Shown here one piece after another: positions 18,423 through 27,613 of a DNA stretch of 50,055 bases. The first letter of the stretch is position 1. Each line of letters opens with the position of its first letter. The translations under genes and the position numbers were made by a program. A model generated the notes under the pieces. It was not told where the DNA came from. It worked only from the letters and a program-made list of their open reading frames with translations, and did no database searches. The DNA is from Verrucomicrobiota bacterium (GTDB lineage: Bacteria > Verrucomicrobiota > Verrucomicrobiia > Limisphaerales > Palsa-1400). Location: positions 1 through 50,055 of the forward strand of contig JBEKYR010000041.1 of the NCBI GenBank assembly GCA_049510745.1. The letters are read 5' to 3'.

Positions 18423-19625
18423 GTGAACGCAGTCATCGATGCCACTTTGCCGGATGCGCACGGACGCTTTGGGCCTTACGGCGGACGTTATGTGCCGGAA
18501 ACGCTCATGTACCCGCTCCAACAGTTGGAGGAGGAGTATTTCCGCGCGCAGCACGACCCGGAGTTTCAACGGGAATTGACTTATTACCTGCGGCAATTCT
18601 GCGGGCGGCCCACTCCGCTCTATCTGGCCGAACGGCTGACGCGCGCAGTGGGTGGGCCAAAAATTTACCTCAAACGCGAGGACCTTCTCCACACCGGCGC
18701 GCACAAGATCAACAACGCCATGGGCCAGATTCTTCTGGCGCGGCGCATGGGCAAAACGCGCGTCATCGCCGAAACCGGCGCCGGCCAGCACGGCGTCGCC
18801 ACCGCCACCGTCGCCGCCATGTTCGGCCTGCAATGCGTCGTTTACATGGGGGAAGTCGATTGCCGGCGGCAGGAACTCAATGTGTATCGGATGAAGATGC
18901 TGGGGGCGGAGGTCGTGTCCGTCACCGCCGGGCAGAAGACGCTCAAGGAAGCGGTCAACGAGGCGATGCGCGATTGGGTGAGCAACGTGCGGCACACCCA
19001 TTATATACTTGGCACCGCTTACGGCGCGCATCCCTACCCGGTGATGGTGCGCAATTTCCAGCGCATCATCGGCGATGAAGCGCGCCGGCAGATACTCGAA
19101 CAGGAGGAACGGCTGCCCGACCTTCTGATCGCCTGCGTCGGCGGCGGTTCCAACGCCATCGGGCTGTTTTATCCGTTCCTGGAGGACGCCGCGGTCCGGA
19201 TGCTGGGCATCGAGGCCGGCGGGGAGGGCATCACCGCGGGGAAACACGCCGCCCGCTTTCAAGGCGGTTCGCTGGGGGTGCTGCAAGGAACGCGGTCGTA
19301 TATTTTACAGGATGAACACGGCCAGATCCAGCTTACCCACAGCGTTTCCGCCGGGCTGGATTACGCCGCCGTCGGGCCGGAGCACGCCTGGTTGCGCGAC
19401 CAGAAGCGGGTCGAATACGGCTACGCCACCGACGAGCAGGCGCTGGCGGCGTTCAGCAAGCTGGCGCGGCTGGAGGGGATCATTCCCGCGCTGGAATCGG
19501 CCCACGCCGTGGCCGCCATCATCGAGCGCGGCCCAAAGATGTCGCGGGACCAAGTCGTCATCGTCAATTTATCCGGCCGCGGCGACAAGGATGTCGCGGA
19601 GGCGGCGGCGCGGATGAAGTTGTAG
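18423..19625 (+). CDS. trpB: Tryptophan synthase beta chain
   Basis: '[15 protein letters not shown]', 'AETGAGQHG', '[10 protein letters not shown]', 'NLSGRGDKD'. Confidence 0.97.
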   Translation: MNAVIDATLPDAHGRFGPYGGRYVPETLMYPLQQLEEEYFRAQHDPEFQRELTYYLRQFCGRPTPLYLAERLTRAVGGPKIYLKREDLLHTGAHKINNAMGQILLARRMGKTRVIAETGAGQHGVATATVAAMFGLQCVVYMGEVDCRRQELNVYRMKMLGAEVVSVTAGQKTLKEAVNEAMRDWVSNVRHTHYILGTAYGAHPYPVMVRNFQRIIGDEARRQILEQEERLPDLLIACVGGGSNAIGLFYPFLEDAAVRMLGIEAGGEGITAGKHAARFQGGSLGVLQGTRSYILQDEHGQIQLTHSVSAGLDYAAVGPEHAWLRDQKRVEYGYATDEQALAAFSKLARLEGIIPALESAHAVAAIIERGPKMSRDQVVIVNLSGRGDKDVAEAAARMKL

Positions 19626-19685
19626 GCTGGCGGCGAAAGAGTCGAACCAGCGTGACATTTTGCGGGGCTTGCTGTCTAATCGAAG

Positions 19686-20255
19686 GTGGAAACACTGATG
19701 AAAGCGCCCTGCGCAGGGACCGAATGCTTGGAGGCCGCGGAACCCCGGGTTTTATCGCCCGAATTCAGCGAGCTTTACGACCAGCACAGCCGCGCCATTT
19801 ATTACCTGGCCTTGCGCTACCTGGGCGACCCGCAAAAGGCGGAGGACGCCACCCACGATGTCTTCCTCAAGGCGCTGCGCAAGCTGGGCCAGTTCCGGGG
19901 CGAGGCTTCCGCGCGCACCTGGCTCTATCGCATCGCCATCAACCACTGCCACAATCTGCGCCAAACCTGGCATGACCGGCATATCATTCCCGACAGCGAC
20001 AGCGCCGTATGGGAAACGGCGTCCGCGGGCGAGTCGCCCCTGCGCATTCTCGAAACCAAGGAACTGGGAGATCGCATCCAAAGAACCCTCGACCGCTTGC
20101 CGGCGGAATACCGGCTTCTCCTCCTGCTGGTCAGCGACGAGAAATTGAGCTATGAGCAGGTCGGTGCCTTGACCGGGCAATCTGACGACGCCGTGCGCGG
20201 CAAGGTGCATCGCGCGCGCAAGGCTTTCGCCGCCCTTTTCGCCAAATCGGAGTGA
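19686..20255 (+). CDS. ECF sigma-70 factor
   Basis: 'AEDATHDVF', 'TWLYRIAIN', 'LSYEQVG...VRGKVHRAR'; start may instead be 19698. Confidence 0.9.
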   Translation: METLMKAPCAGTECLEAAEPRVLSPEFSELYDQHSRAIYYLALRYLGDPQKAEDATHDVFLKALRKLGQFRGEASARTWLYRIAINHCHNLRQTWHDRHIIPDSDSAVWETASAGESPLRILETKELGDRIQRTLDRLPAEYRLLLLLVSDEKLSYEQVGALTGQSDDAVRGKVHRARKAFAALFAKSE

Positions 20256-20262
20256 AATCAAG

Positions 20263-20484
20263 ATGAAACACGAGCACAAATTTTTGTCGAACCAGCAACA
20301 GGAGCAGGCGGCCGAGGCGCAGACGGCCAAAACAACGGCCAAGGAGTTTGCCAGCGTCGAGGAATTGCTGCGCCACGACGCCGCGCAAACGACCGTGCCG
20401 CCGGAAATCGCCCAGCGGCTGCGCCATTCGGCCCTGGAAATTGGCGCCCCAAAACGTCCGTGGTGGCGCAAACTGCTGGATTGA
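20263..20484 (+). CDS. Small protein (73 aa) with C-terminal amphipathic PWWRKLL
   Basis: Fills the gap between sigma and rhomboid genes with 7-bp and 5-bp spacers. Confidence 0.7.
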   Translation: MKHEHKFLSNQQQEQAAEAQTAKTTAKEFASVEELLRHDAAQTTVPPEIAQRLRHSALEIGAPKRPWWRKLLD

Positions 20485-20489
20485 TTCGT

Positions 20490-21146
20490 ATGCAAGGACT
20501 TTGGCAACGCTTCGTGCAATCGCTCACGCCGGGGGTGCGCTGGCTGCTGGGGACCTGGACGCTGCTCTACCTGCTGGCGGTTGTCCTGCGCTTTTTGCAC
20601 GTGGCCGACGTTTCCGGTTGGCTGATGTTGACCGGCTCGCAAGTGCTGCACGGCCAGGTGTGGCGCCTGGCCGGCTATGCGCTGCTGCCGGGCACTTTGT
20701 GGGAACTGGTGGTGTGCGGCATGCTGCTGGTCATGTTCGGCGGCGCCTTGGAACGGGTCTGGACGCGGCGCGATCTTTTGATTTACGGGCTGGTTTGCGC
20801 CGTCGGGGCCGGCCTGGTGAAAACCGCGCTGCAACCCGGGGCCTCCCTGCCGCTGGTGGGACCCGGCCCGATGGTCTTTGCCCTGATGGTGGCATGCGCG
20901 CGGCTGTTCCCGCATCAAACGATGATGCTGCCGCCGTCCATCGAGTTGACGATGCGCCAGTTGGTCCTGTTGCTGGCGGCGGTGACTTTTCTGGCCACGG
21001 CCTGGTTCTCCGGCTGGATCAGCGCGCTCATTACAGTGTCCGGCGGCGGTTGCGGGCTGGCGTATCTCTGGCTGCGCTCCAAGTCCGCGCAGCCGCGCGC
21101 CGCGCGGCCGGTCGTTTCCCGGCGCATCAACCGGCTGGAATTATGA
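20490..21146 (+). CDS. Rhomboid-fold membrane protein lacking catalytic Ser/His
   Basis: About 6 TM helices; 'GQVWRL' WR motif; 'FGGALERVW'; GxSG position reads 'VGPGP'. Confidence 0.75.
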   Translation: MQGLWQRFVQSLTPGVRWLLGTWTLLYLLAVVLRFLHVADVSGWLMLTGSQVLHGQVWRLAGYALLPGTLWELVVCGMLLVMFGGALERVWTRRDLLIYGLVCAVGAGLVKTALQPGASLPLVGPGPMVFALMVACARLFPHQTMMLPPSIELTMRQLVLLLAAVTFLATAWFSGWISALITVSGGGCGLAYLWLRSKSAQPRAARPVVSRRINRLEL

Positions 21147-22003
21147 TCGCGCCACCGCCTGCCGCCACACGCGCCGCCCGTCCGGCTCGGGCGCGGGACA
21201 ACGCCGTCCGGGCGCGCGAGCTGCTCTCCGCCTGCCGCTTCTGCGCGCACGAGTGCGGCGCCGACCGCCGGGGCGGCCCCGCCGGCTTGTGCCACGCCGG
21301 CGCCGAGGCCCGTTTTTTTGGCGCGCAAATCGAAGTGACCGACGAACTGGAATTGATCCCCACCTACGCCATCGCCTTGAGCGGCTGCGATTTGCGCTGC
21401 GCCTTCTGCATCACCGGCGCGGAAAGCTGGAACGCCGGCGCGGGCCAGGCCTTTGACGCCGCCGCCATCGCCCGGCGCGCCCGGGCCGCGTTGGACCGCG
21501 GCGCGCGCACCGTCATGGTGCTGGGCGGCGAACCGACGGTGCATTTGCCGGCGGCGCTCGAGTTGGTTTCGCTCCTGCCGGCGGAAGCCCGGCTGGTGTG
21601 GAAAACCAACGCGCACGGCGGCCCGGCGGCGCGCGAGTTGCTCGATGGGATATTTGACGTGTGGCTGGCGGACTTGAAATTCGGCAACGACGCCTGCGCG
21701 CGGTCCCTGGCGCGCATTTCAAATTACAGCGCCATCGCGCGCGGGAACCTGCTCTGGGCCGCCGGGCGCGGCGAGCTGATCGTGCGCCATCTCCTCATGC
21801 CCGGCCATCTGGAATGCTGCTGGAAACCGGCGGCGCAATGGCTGGCGGCGGCCCTGCCCGGAGTCAAGACGAATCTTCGCGGCGCCTTCTGGCCGGCCTG
21901 GCAATCGCGCCGCCACCCGGAGTTGCGCCGCGCCGTTTCGCCCGCCGAGAGCGAGGCCGCCTGGGCCTGGGCGCGGGACCTGGGCCTGAACCTGATCCCA
22001 TGA
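21143..22003 (+). CDS. Radical SAM protein, PflX-like
   Basis: N-terminal 'CRFCAHEC...LC'; CxxxCxxC 'CDLRCAFC'; 'GGEPT'; 'DLKFGND', 'IVRHLLMPGH'. Confidence 0.88.
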   Translation: MIAPPPAATRAARPARARDNAVRARELLSACRFCAHECGADRRGGPAGLCHAGAEARFFGAQIEVTDELELIPTYAIALSGCDLRCAFCITGAESWNAGAGQAFDAAAIARRARAALDRGARTVMVLGGEPTVHLPAALELVSLLPAEARLVWKTNAHGGPAARELLDGIFDVWLADLKFGNDACARSLARISNYSAIARGNLLWAAGRGELIVRHLLMPGHLECCWKPAAQWLAAALPGVKTNLRGAFWPAWQSRRHPELRRAVSPAESEAAWAWARDLGLNLIP

Positions 22004-22182
22004 GCGCCGACGCCCCCAATCCGAACGCCGCCGAGCCGTTGACGACGGAGTTTCTCCTCTTGCCCGACGGCACGGTCCTGGTGCAGAATCTGACTCCAGC
22101 CATGGCCGCGATCCTGCTCGAACTCAACCCTGACGAAGAGGCCATCCGCCGCCGCGTCACCGCCGGCCAGGCGATGGATTGA
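22000..22182 (+). CDS. Small hypothetical protein (60 aa)
   Basis: ATGA overlap with the radical SAM gene; 4-bp gap to the AAA gene; 'EFLLLPDGTVLVQNLTP'. Confidence 0.7.
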   Translation: MSADAPNPNAAEPLTTEFLLLPDGTVLVQNLTPAMAAILLELNPDEEAIRRRVTAGQAMD

Positions 22183-22186
22183 TCCC

Positions 22187-23740
22187 ATGGACTTTCAAAC
22201 CGAACTGGAACTGCTCATCCGCGCTCGTTACCCGATTCTTTACATCATTTCGAGCGAGGAGGCGCGCGCGCAGAATGCCATCCTCGAAGTGGCCGCCCGC
22301 CGCAAGAAAAAGGTCTTTGAATGGAGCTACAGCACCGGCATCGTGCCGGCCGGCACTTCCATCCAGTCGCAGAAGCATCGCAACGCCGCGACCAAGGACC
22401 CGTTGACCGCCCTGGACCAGGTCATCGAGCAGGTCGAGCCGGCCATTTTCATTTTCAAGGATTTTCACCCGTTCCTGACGCGGAACAATTTCGCCATCGT
22501 GCGCAAGCTCAAGGAGATCGCCATCCACCTCAAGGAGAGCCTCAAAACCATCGTCCTGATCTCGCCCATGATGGAAATCCCGGCCGAGCTGGAGAAGGAG
22601 ATCACGGTGATCAATTATCCGCTGCCCTCGCGCGAGGACTTGAGCGCATTGCTGGACCGGATCATAAGCGATGTCAAAGAGTTCAAGCAGGTGCGCATCG
22701 AGCTGGACGACGCGGGGCGGCAGCGGCTGTTGCAGGCGGCGCTGGGCCTGACGCTGGGCGAGGCGGAGAATGTTTTCGCCAAGATCATCGTCAAGGACGA
22801 GCGGCTGAGCGGCGACGATGTCAACGAAGTTTTTGCCGAGAAACAGCAAATCATCCGCAAGAGCGGCCTGCTGGAGTATTACGCCACGACGGAAAGTTTT
22901 TCCAACGTGGGCGGGCTGTCGCTGCTCAAGGACTGGCTCAACAAGCGCGCCGCCGCCTTCACCGACGAGGCCCGCGCCTTCGGCCTGCCCGCGCCCAAGG
23001 GCATCCTCATGCTGGGCGTGCAGGGCTGCGGCAAGAGCCTCTGCGCCAAGGCCGTCTCGACCCAGTGGCAACTGCCCCTGCTGCGCTTCGACATGGGCCG
23101 CATGTTCGGCAGCCTGGTCGGCTCCTCCGAGGAGAACGTCCGCCGCGCCATCGCCGTCGCCGAATCGATCGCGCCCGCCATTTTGTGGGTGGACGAAATC
23201 GACAAGGCCTTCGCCGGCTCGCAAGGATCGGGCGCGACGGACGGGGGGACGACGGCGCGGGTGTTTGGGACGTTCCTGACCTGGCTTTCGGAGAAGGCCG
23301 CGCCGGTGTTCGTCGTCGCCACGGCCAACGACATTTCGCAATTGCCCCCGGAGTTGCTCCGCAAGGGAAGGCTGGACGAAATCTTTTTTGTTGACTTGCC
23401 GAGCAAGGAGGAGCGCGAGGAAATCTTCCGCATCCACCTGGCCAAGCGGAAACGCGACCCGGCCCAGTTCGGCACCGCCGCCTGCGCCGCCGCCAGCCAG
23501 GACTTCAGCGGGGCGGAGATCGAGGAGGCGATCAACAGCGCGCTCTACGACGCCTTTTACGGACGCCAGGAAGTGACGACCGAACACATCCTGCGCGCCC
23601 TTGGTGAAACCGTCCCGCTGGCCAAAACGATGGACGAACACATCAACCGCCTGCGCACCTGGGCGGAAGGCCGGGCGCGCAACGCCAGCGTCCCGCGCGA
23701 CGGCCAGAAAGGCGGCGCCGGACGGCGGATGGAACTGTAA
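22187..23740 (+). CDS. Ycf46-like AAA+ ATPase
   Basis: 'ELELLIRARYPILYI', 'FIFKDFH', Walker A GVQGCGKS, Walker B WVDEIDK, SRH 'LPPELLRKGRLDE'. Confidence 0.92.
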   Translation: MDFQTELELLIRARYPILYIISSEEARAQNAILEVAARRKKKVFEWSYSTGIVPAGTSIQSQKHRNAATKDPLTALDQVIEQVEPAIFIFKDFHPFLTRNNFAIVRKLKEIAIHLKESLKTIVLISPMMEIPAELEKEITVINYPLPSREDLSALLDRIISDVKEFKQVRIELDDAGRQRLLQAALGLTLGEAENVFAKIIVKDERLSGDDVNEVFAEKQQIIRKSGLLEYYATTESFSNVGGLSLLKDWLNKRAAAFTDEARAFGLPAPKGILMLGVQGCGKSLCAKAVSTQWQLPLLRFDMGRMFGSLVGSSEENVRRAIAVAESIAPAILWVDEIDKAFAGSQGSGATDGGTTARVFGTFLTWLSEKAAPVFVVATANDISQLPPELLRKGRLDEIFFVDLPSKEEREEIFRIHLAKRKRDPAQFGTAACAAASQDFSGAEIEEAINSALYDAFYGRQEVTTEHILRALGETVPLAKTMDEHINRLRTWAEGRARNASVPRDGQKGGAGRRMEL

Positions 23741-23755
23741 CCCGCGCAAAACGGC

Positions 23756-24067
23756 ATGGGACCATTTTGGCGCAACTGTTTTGAAGACATCGGCCAGACC
23801 GGCCGGTATAGCGGGGCGTTATTTCTCTACGCTTTGGCCGGGGTTTTCGCGTTTCTGATCGCGGTTGCCCTGCTCGTAGAGATTCCGCTCGCTTATTCTC
23901 CCGTTCCGATAGGCGCGTTTTTGATAATCGCCGCGTTCTGCCTCTGGCGGGCCGTCCGGCGGGCGCGCCGGCAACGGGAGGGCTACTCCAGCCAGCCATT
24001 GTCGCGCGAGGAATGGCGCAAGGCGCGTTCAAAGCTGTTGGGAAATCAAAACATGAGGAAGCCCTGA
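23756..24067 (+). CDS. Small 2-TM membrane protein
   Basis: Two hydrophobic stretches and a basic tail; 15 bp after the AAA stop. Confidence 0.6.
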   Translation: MGPFWRNCFEDIGQTGRYSGALFLYALAGVFAFLIAVALLVEIPLAYSPVPIGAFLIIAAFCLWRAVRRARRQREGYSSQPLSREEWRKARSKLLGNQNMRKP

Positions 24068-24163
24068 GGGGCTTGGTTGCGGTATATTTCCCGGCGATGG
24101 CCTATGCAAAACTTCGTGCTCTTTGCGCCCTTCGTCGTGAAAATTGGGTTGCGACTGCCGCGC

Positions 24164-24266
24164 TGCGCCTTATGCCCTGGCGTTTCGTCTGATCCGCTCC
24201 GGTGCCGGGGAATCGGGGGATGTTAAGGAAAGAGGGACAAACCGGCGCAACGGGACGGCGACGGCA
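24164..24266 (+). repeat. ~103-bp direct repeat, copy A
   Basis: About 90% identical to 27510-27613. Confidence 0.9.
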
Positions 24267-24351
24267 GCCCACCCAAAGAGACCGCTTTCCTTGGTCTGAC
24301 CTTTTTGGTGACCCGGCGCTCAATCGCTGTCGAAAAGAGCTTAAAATGTAG

Positions 24352-24370
24352 AATGTTTAGGTTTGGCCCC
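24352..24370 (-). repeat. End motif GGGGCCAAACCTAAACATT (minus strand)
   Basis: 16/19 match to 29224-29242. Confidence 0.65.
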
Positions 24371-24446
24371 CAGGCTTCGACTTCATGCCAGATTAGCCAA
24401 ATATTGTTTGCAGGCCGACAAAATATGTGCAATACTATCGGTGCCT

Positions 24447-24578
24447 ATGCAACTGAAGGTGTTCATGGCGCCTGTGGAAAATGTGGCCGCCGCGGAGGCG
24501 GAGGTGAACGCGTTTCTGCGCGGACACCGGGTACTGGCGGTGAAGAAGGAATTTGTGGCCGATGGTGAAAATTGTTCT
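24447..24578 (+). pseudogene. N-terminal fragment of an HRDC-domain accessory protein
   Basis: 'MQLKVFMAPV...EAEVNAFLRGHRVLAVKKEFVADGEN' resembles N-termini of DGR-associated HRDC proteins; the HRDC domain itself is absent. Confidence 0.6.
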
Positions 24579-24694
24579 CAACCGCGCGGCGTCAAGAACA
24601 TGACGGGACGCAAAAAGCGAATGCGTATCAATTGGCCGAGACCGGCCGAAGACAGGCATGAATTACCTATCAGTTTAAACCAAAGTTCCCTGCT

Positions 24695-26836
24695 ATGAAA
24701 ACGAAGCGTTCCTTTGCTTTTCGCCAGTTCGCCCGGATGCGGCGCACCGTCCTTCGCACCCTGGCGTTTATCATTGTGGGTGCTCCTGTGCTGCTGCCGG
24801 CCCAATATTCGGAAATCAAAATGGGCGAATACCTTCACTATGCGGTGGTGGCCGGGAATGGCGGCGTCTATGCCGGATACGACGGGATCGGATTCGGTGG
24901 CAGCAGCTACGGCACCCCTTCGCTTTATAAGACCAACACCGGTTGGGTGGATCTTCCGTGCTCGATGGGGTTCAACACTTCGAGTCCCTACATCGGCCAG
25001 CCCAGAGGCATCAGCCGCGACGGCTCGGTTGTGGCCGGATACATGTCTGGCGTGGCGACCAACGGAGTTGGAACCCAATACGCGGTTTACTGGGTGAACG
25101 GCGTCGAGTCGCTGGTGCCAGCCCCGCCGGACGATCCGGCACCGACCCTCATGAGCGCCAGCGGCCTTTCCGGCGATGGAACGACGCTGATCGTGCAGGA
25201 CCAGAACGCCAACAAAACGGAAAGTTATGTTTACAAAATCGCCGGCGGGACGTTCACGTCCCTCGGTTTTTTTCCGGGAGGCACCAACCAACAAACGTAT
25301 GCGACCGCGATCAACAAGGATGGCAGCATCGTCGCCGGCTATTATAATCTGGATGACGGGACCAGCCATGGGTTCATGTGGCATGCCACCAATGGCTTGA
25401 AGGACATGGGCATCCCGGCCAGCCACCGCAATACCTATTACCTGGAACCCACATGCATCAGCGATGATGGTGCCACTGTGTTCGGCCGGCTCACCGAGCT
25501 TAACGGCTGGGTGGGCTTCCGCTACAACACCACGACCGGCTTTCAGGATACCGGGGGCGTTGTGCCCAGTGCCTGCACGGCGGATGGAACGGAAGCGGTC
25601 GGAATCGAAGATATGTATTTCCCGGCCATCTGGTCGGTTGGAAATGGCAGCGGTTATCTGGACCATCTTCTTACCGCCAACGGCACGCCGCAGGCGCTGG
25701 GGACCCTCTCGGCTCCGGTCACCATGTCACCCGATGGCTCAGCCGTTACGGCCATCGGCCCGGATGCCTATCCGGTTGACCAGGTCTGGGGCGGCACTTG
25801 GCAGATTTCCCTGCCGGTTCCCCTGAAAACGGCGGCGTTTCCGCCGGCCAAGCTGACCTTCTCAACGCCTTTCCAGGAGACGCTCAGCGAGGCGGCTGGA
25901 ACGCTAATTCAATCTGCCGATTTCAACAGCGGCGTGTCTGCTGTTCTCGTCACGAAACCGCACTACGCATCCTCGTTTGTTCTGAACGCGAACGGATCAT
26001 TCAGCTATACACCCAAACCGGGATATATCAGCAATGGCAGCGATCCCGAAGTTGGCACCCCCAATGACCGCTTCACTTACCAATTGACAGGTCCGAACGG
26101 AACCAGCAGCAACGCCGTAGTGGAGATTGTCGTGGCGGCACCCACGATCCCGACGGTCGATACGCCCGCGTCCGCAAATGTCACCGCCACGACGGCCACG
26201 CTCGGTGGCGTTGTGGAGAGCGATGGGGGAGCAACCCTCATCGGCATTGGCGTGGTCTATGCGCCCACGGCCGTTGACAGCAACCCGCAGCTCGGCGACA
26301 CGATGGCGAGCAACGCCGCCGGCATCGCCACGACGGGCGCCTTCACGGTCACTGTCAGCGGCCTCACGCCGGATACCGTTTACTCCTATGCAGCCTATGC
26401 CACCAACAGCCTGGGTGTCAGCTACAGCGTGACCGGCATTTTCATCACGCTGGTGAACCCCTTAAGCTGGCAGCAGATGTGGTTTGGTGACCCGACCAGC
26501 AGCAGTGCCGCCTTGAATGCGGATCCTTACCAAACCGGTGTCCGGAATATTCAGGTCTTTGCCTATCTCGGGCCGTATCAGGATCCCAGCACGGCCAGCG
26601 CTGCCCTGCTCCCGCAGGTGCAGATGGGCGGCGGCAATCTTTTCTACAGCTTCACCGAACCCGCCGGGGTGAGCGGAATCACCTATGGCGCGCAGTGGAG
26701 CGCGACCATGCAACCCAACGACTGGCACGCCGTCCCCGACACCGGCGACCCCACCGCCGCGCCGCCCAGCCACCTTTTCAGCATACCCATGACCAGCCCC
26801 CAACTCTACATGGGGCTGACGTTGACCGTTCATTAG
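24695..26836 (+). CDS. Secreted protein with HAF-like repeats, cadherin-like (Big_9) and FN3-like domains
   Basis: 'GISRDGSVVAG', 'ATAINKDGSIVAG...HGFMW', 'LNANGSFSYTP', 'GLTPDTVYSYAAYATN'. Confidence 0.85.
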   Translation: MKTKRSFAFRQFARMRRTVLRTLAFIIVGAPVLLPAQYSEIKMGEYLHYAVVAGNGGVYAGYDGIGFGGSSYGTPSLYKTNTGWVDLPCSMGFNTSSPYIGQPRGISRDGSVVAGYMSGVATNGVGTQYAVYWVNGVESLVPAPPDDPAPTLMSASGLSGDGTTLIVQDQNANKTESYVYKIAGGTFTSLGFFPGGTNQQTYATAINKDGSIVAGYYNLDDGTSHGFMWHATNGLKDMGIPASHRNTYYLEPTCISDDGATVFGRLTELNGWVGFRYNTTTGFQDTGGVVPSACTADGTEAVGIEDMYFPAIWSVGNGSGYLDHLLTANGTPQALGTLSAPVTMSPDGSAVTAIGPDAYPVDQVWGGTWQISLPVPLKTAAFPPAKLTFSTPFQETLSEAAGTLIQSADFNSGVSAVLVTKPHYASSFVLNANGSFSYTPKPGYISNGSDPEVGTPNDRFTYQLTGPNGTSSNAVVEIVVAAPTIPTVDTPASANVTATTATLGGVVESDGGATLIGIGVVYAPTAVDSNPQLGDTMASNAAGIATTGAFTVTVSGLTPDTVYSYAAYATNSLGVSYSVTGIFITLVNPLSWQQMWFGDPTSSSAALNADPYQTGVRNIQVFAYLGPYQDPSTASAALLPQVQMGGGNLFYSFTEPAGVSGITYGAQWSATMQPNDWHAVPDTGDPTAAPPSHLFSIPMTSPQLYMGLTLTVH

Positions 26837-26910
26837 CGCGCGTTATTGCATCAAGAATCCTCACGCCCCACCGGTTGGCAGTGAAATTTCGCGCGCGCAG
26901 CGCTCAGCAG

Positions 26911-27162
26911 GCGCGGGCGCGGGACTTGAACGTGCGGGCCAGGCCGCCGGAACCGATTCTGATGGGGCGTCATTTGATCGAGGCCGGCTTGCGGCCTGGG
27001 AAGGACTTTGCCGGCATCCTGGGCCGGGCTTACGAAGCCCAGTTGGAAGGGGCGTTTGGCGACCTGCCCGGGGCGTTTGCCTGGCTGGTCGGCAGCGCGG
27101 CCTTCGCGTTTTCGGAGGAGGCCAAGACTAAATTACGGGCGCGCGCGGAGGGTGCGGCCTGA
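26911..27162 (+). pseudogene. 3' fragment of a CCA-adding enzyme/poly(A) polymerase family gene
   Basis: 'PEPILMGRHLIEAGLRPGKDFAGILGRAYEAQLEG' matches the family C-terminus; no start codon or catalytic domain. Confidence 0.7.
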
Positions 27163-27177
27163 AATTTTTCTTTTTCT

Positions 27178-27247
27178 GGCACGATTAGGCACGATTTAGC
27201 ACGATTTGGCACGATTTGGCACGATTCACCGCGATTTAGCACGATTG
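27178..27247. repeat. 10-bp tandem repeat, 7 units (consensus RGCACGATTT)
   Basis: ggcacgatta ggcacgattt agcacgattt ggcacgattt ggcacgattc accgcgattt agcacgattg. Confidence 0.9.
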
Positions 27248-27509
27248 GCCATGCGGCGGCCGCGAATGACGCCATTGCTGGCGGCCTGGGTCCGTCCTGC
27301 GGCGAGTGAACAGGACCGCTCCCCGGCGGCTGCGCTTTATGTCAAAGAGCAAGCTCTCGCACGGTGGAAATATGACACAGTTCTGTGTCTCGGCAAGTCT
27401 TTTTGTTACTTTTTGAGGTTTTCCCGGCCTTTTTTTCGCGGAGTGCAGAACAACGCAAAGGGCAAAAGACGCGAAGGCGCCAAGGAAAGTTCAGAACTCT
27501 TTGCGTCTT

Positions 27510-27613
27510 TGCGCCCTATGCCCTTGGCGTTTCGTCCGATCCGGTCCGGTGCTGGGGAAGCGGGGGATGTTAAGGAAACAGGGACAAACCGGCGCAACGG
27601 GCCGACGCCGGCA
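27510..27613 (+). repeat. ~104-bp direct repeat, copy B
   Basis: About 90% identical to 24164-24266. Confidence 0.9.

Noticed and set aside
24164..24266. c-di-GMP-I riboswitch in the 103-bp repeat
   Set aside because: Only a superficial 'ACAAACC...GGGAC' similarity; the GNRA/receptor stems are not evident. An Rfam search is needed.
24363..26836. Active diversity-generating retroelement
   Set aside because: No reverse transcriptase and no TR/VR pair with adenine-specific mismatches; only an HRDC-like fragment.
27178..27247. Possible CRISPR array (also considered for the heptamer elements)
   Set aside because: Units are 7-10 bp with no unique spacers, and there are no cas genes in the window.
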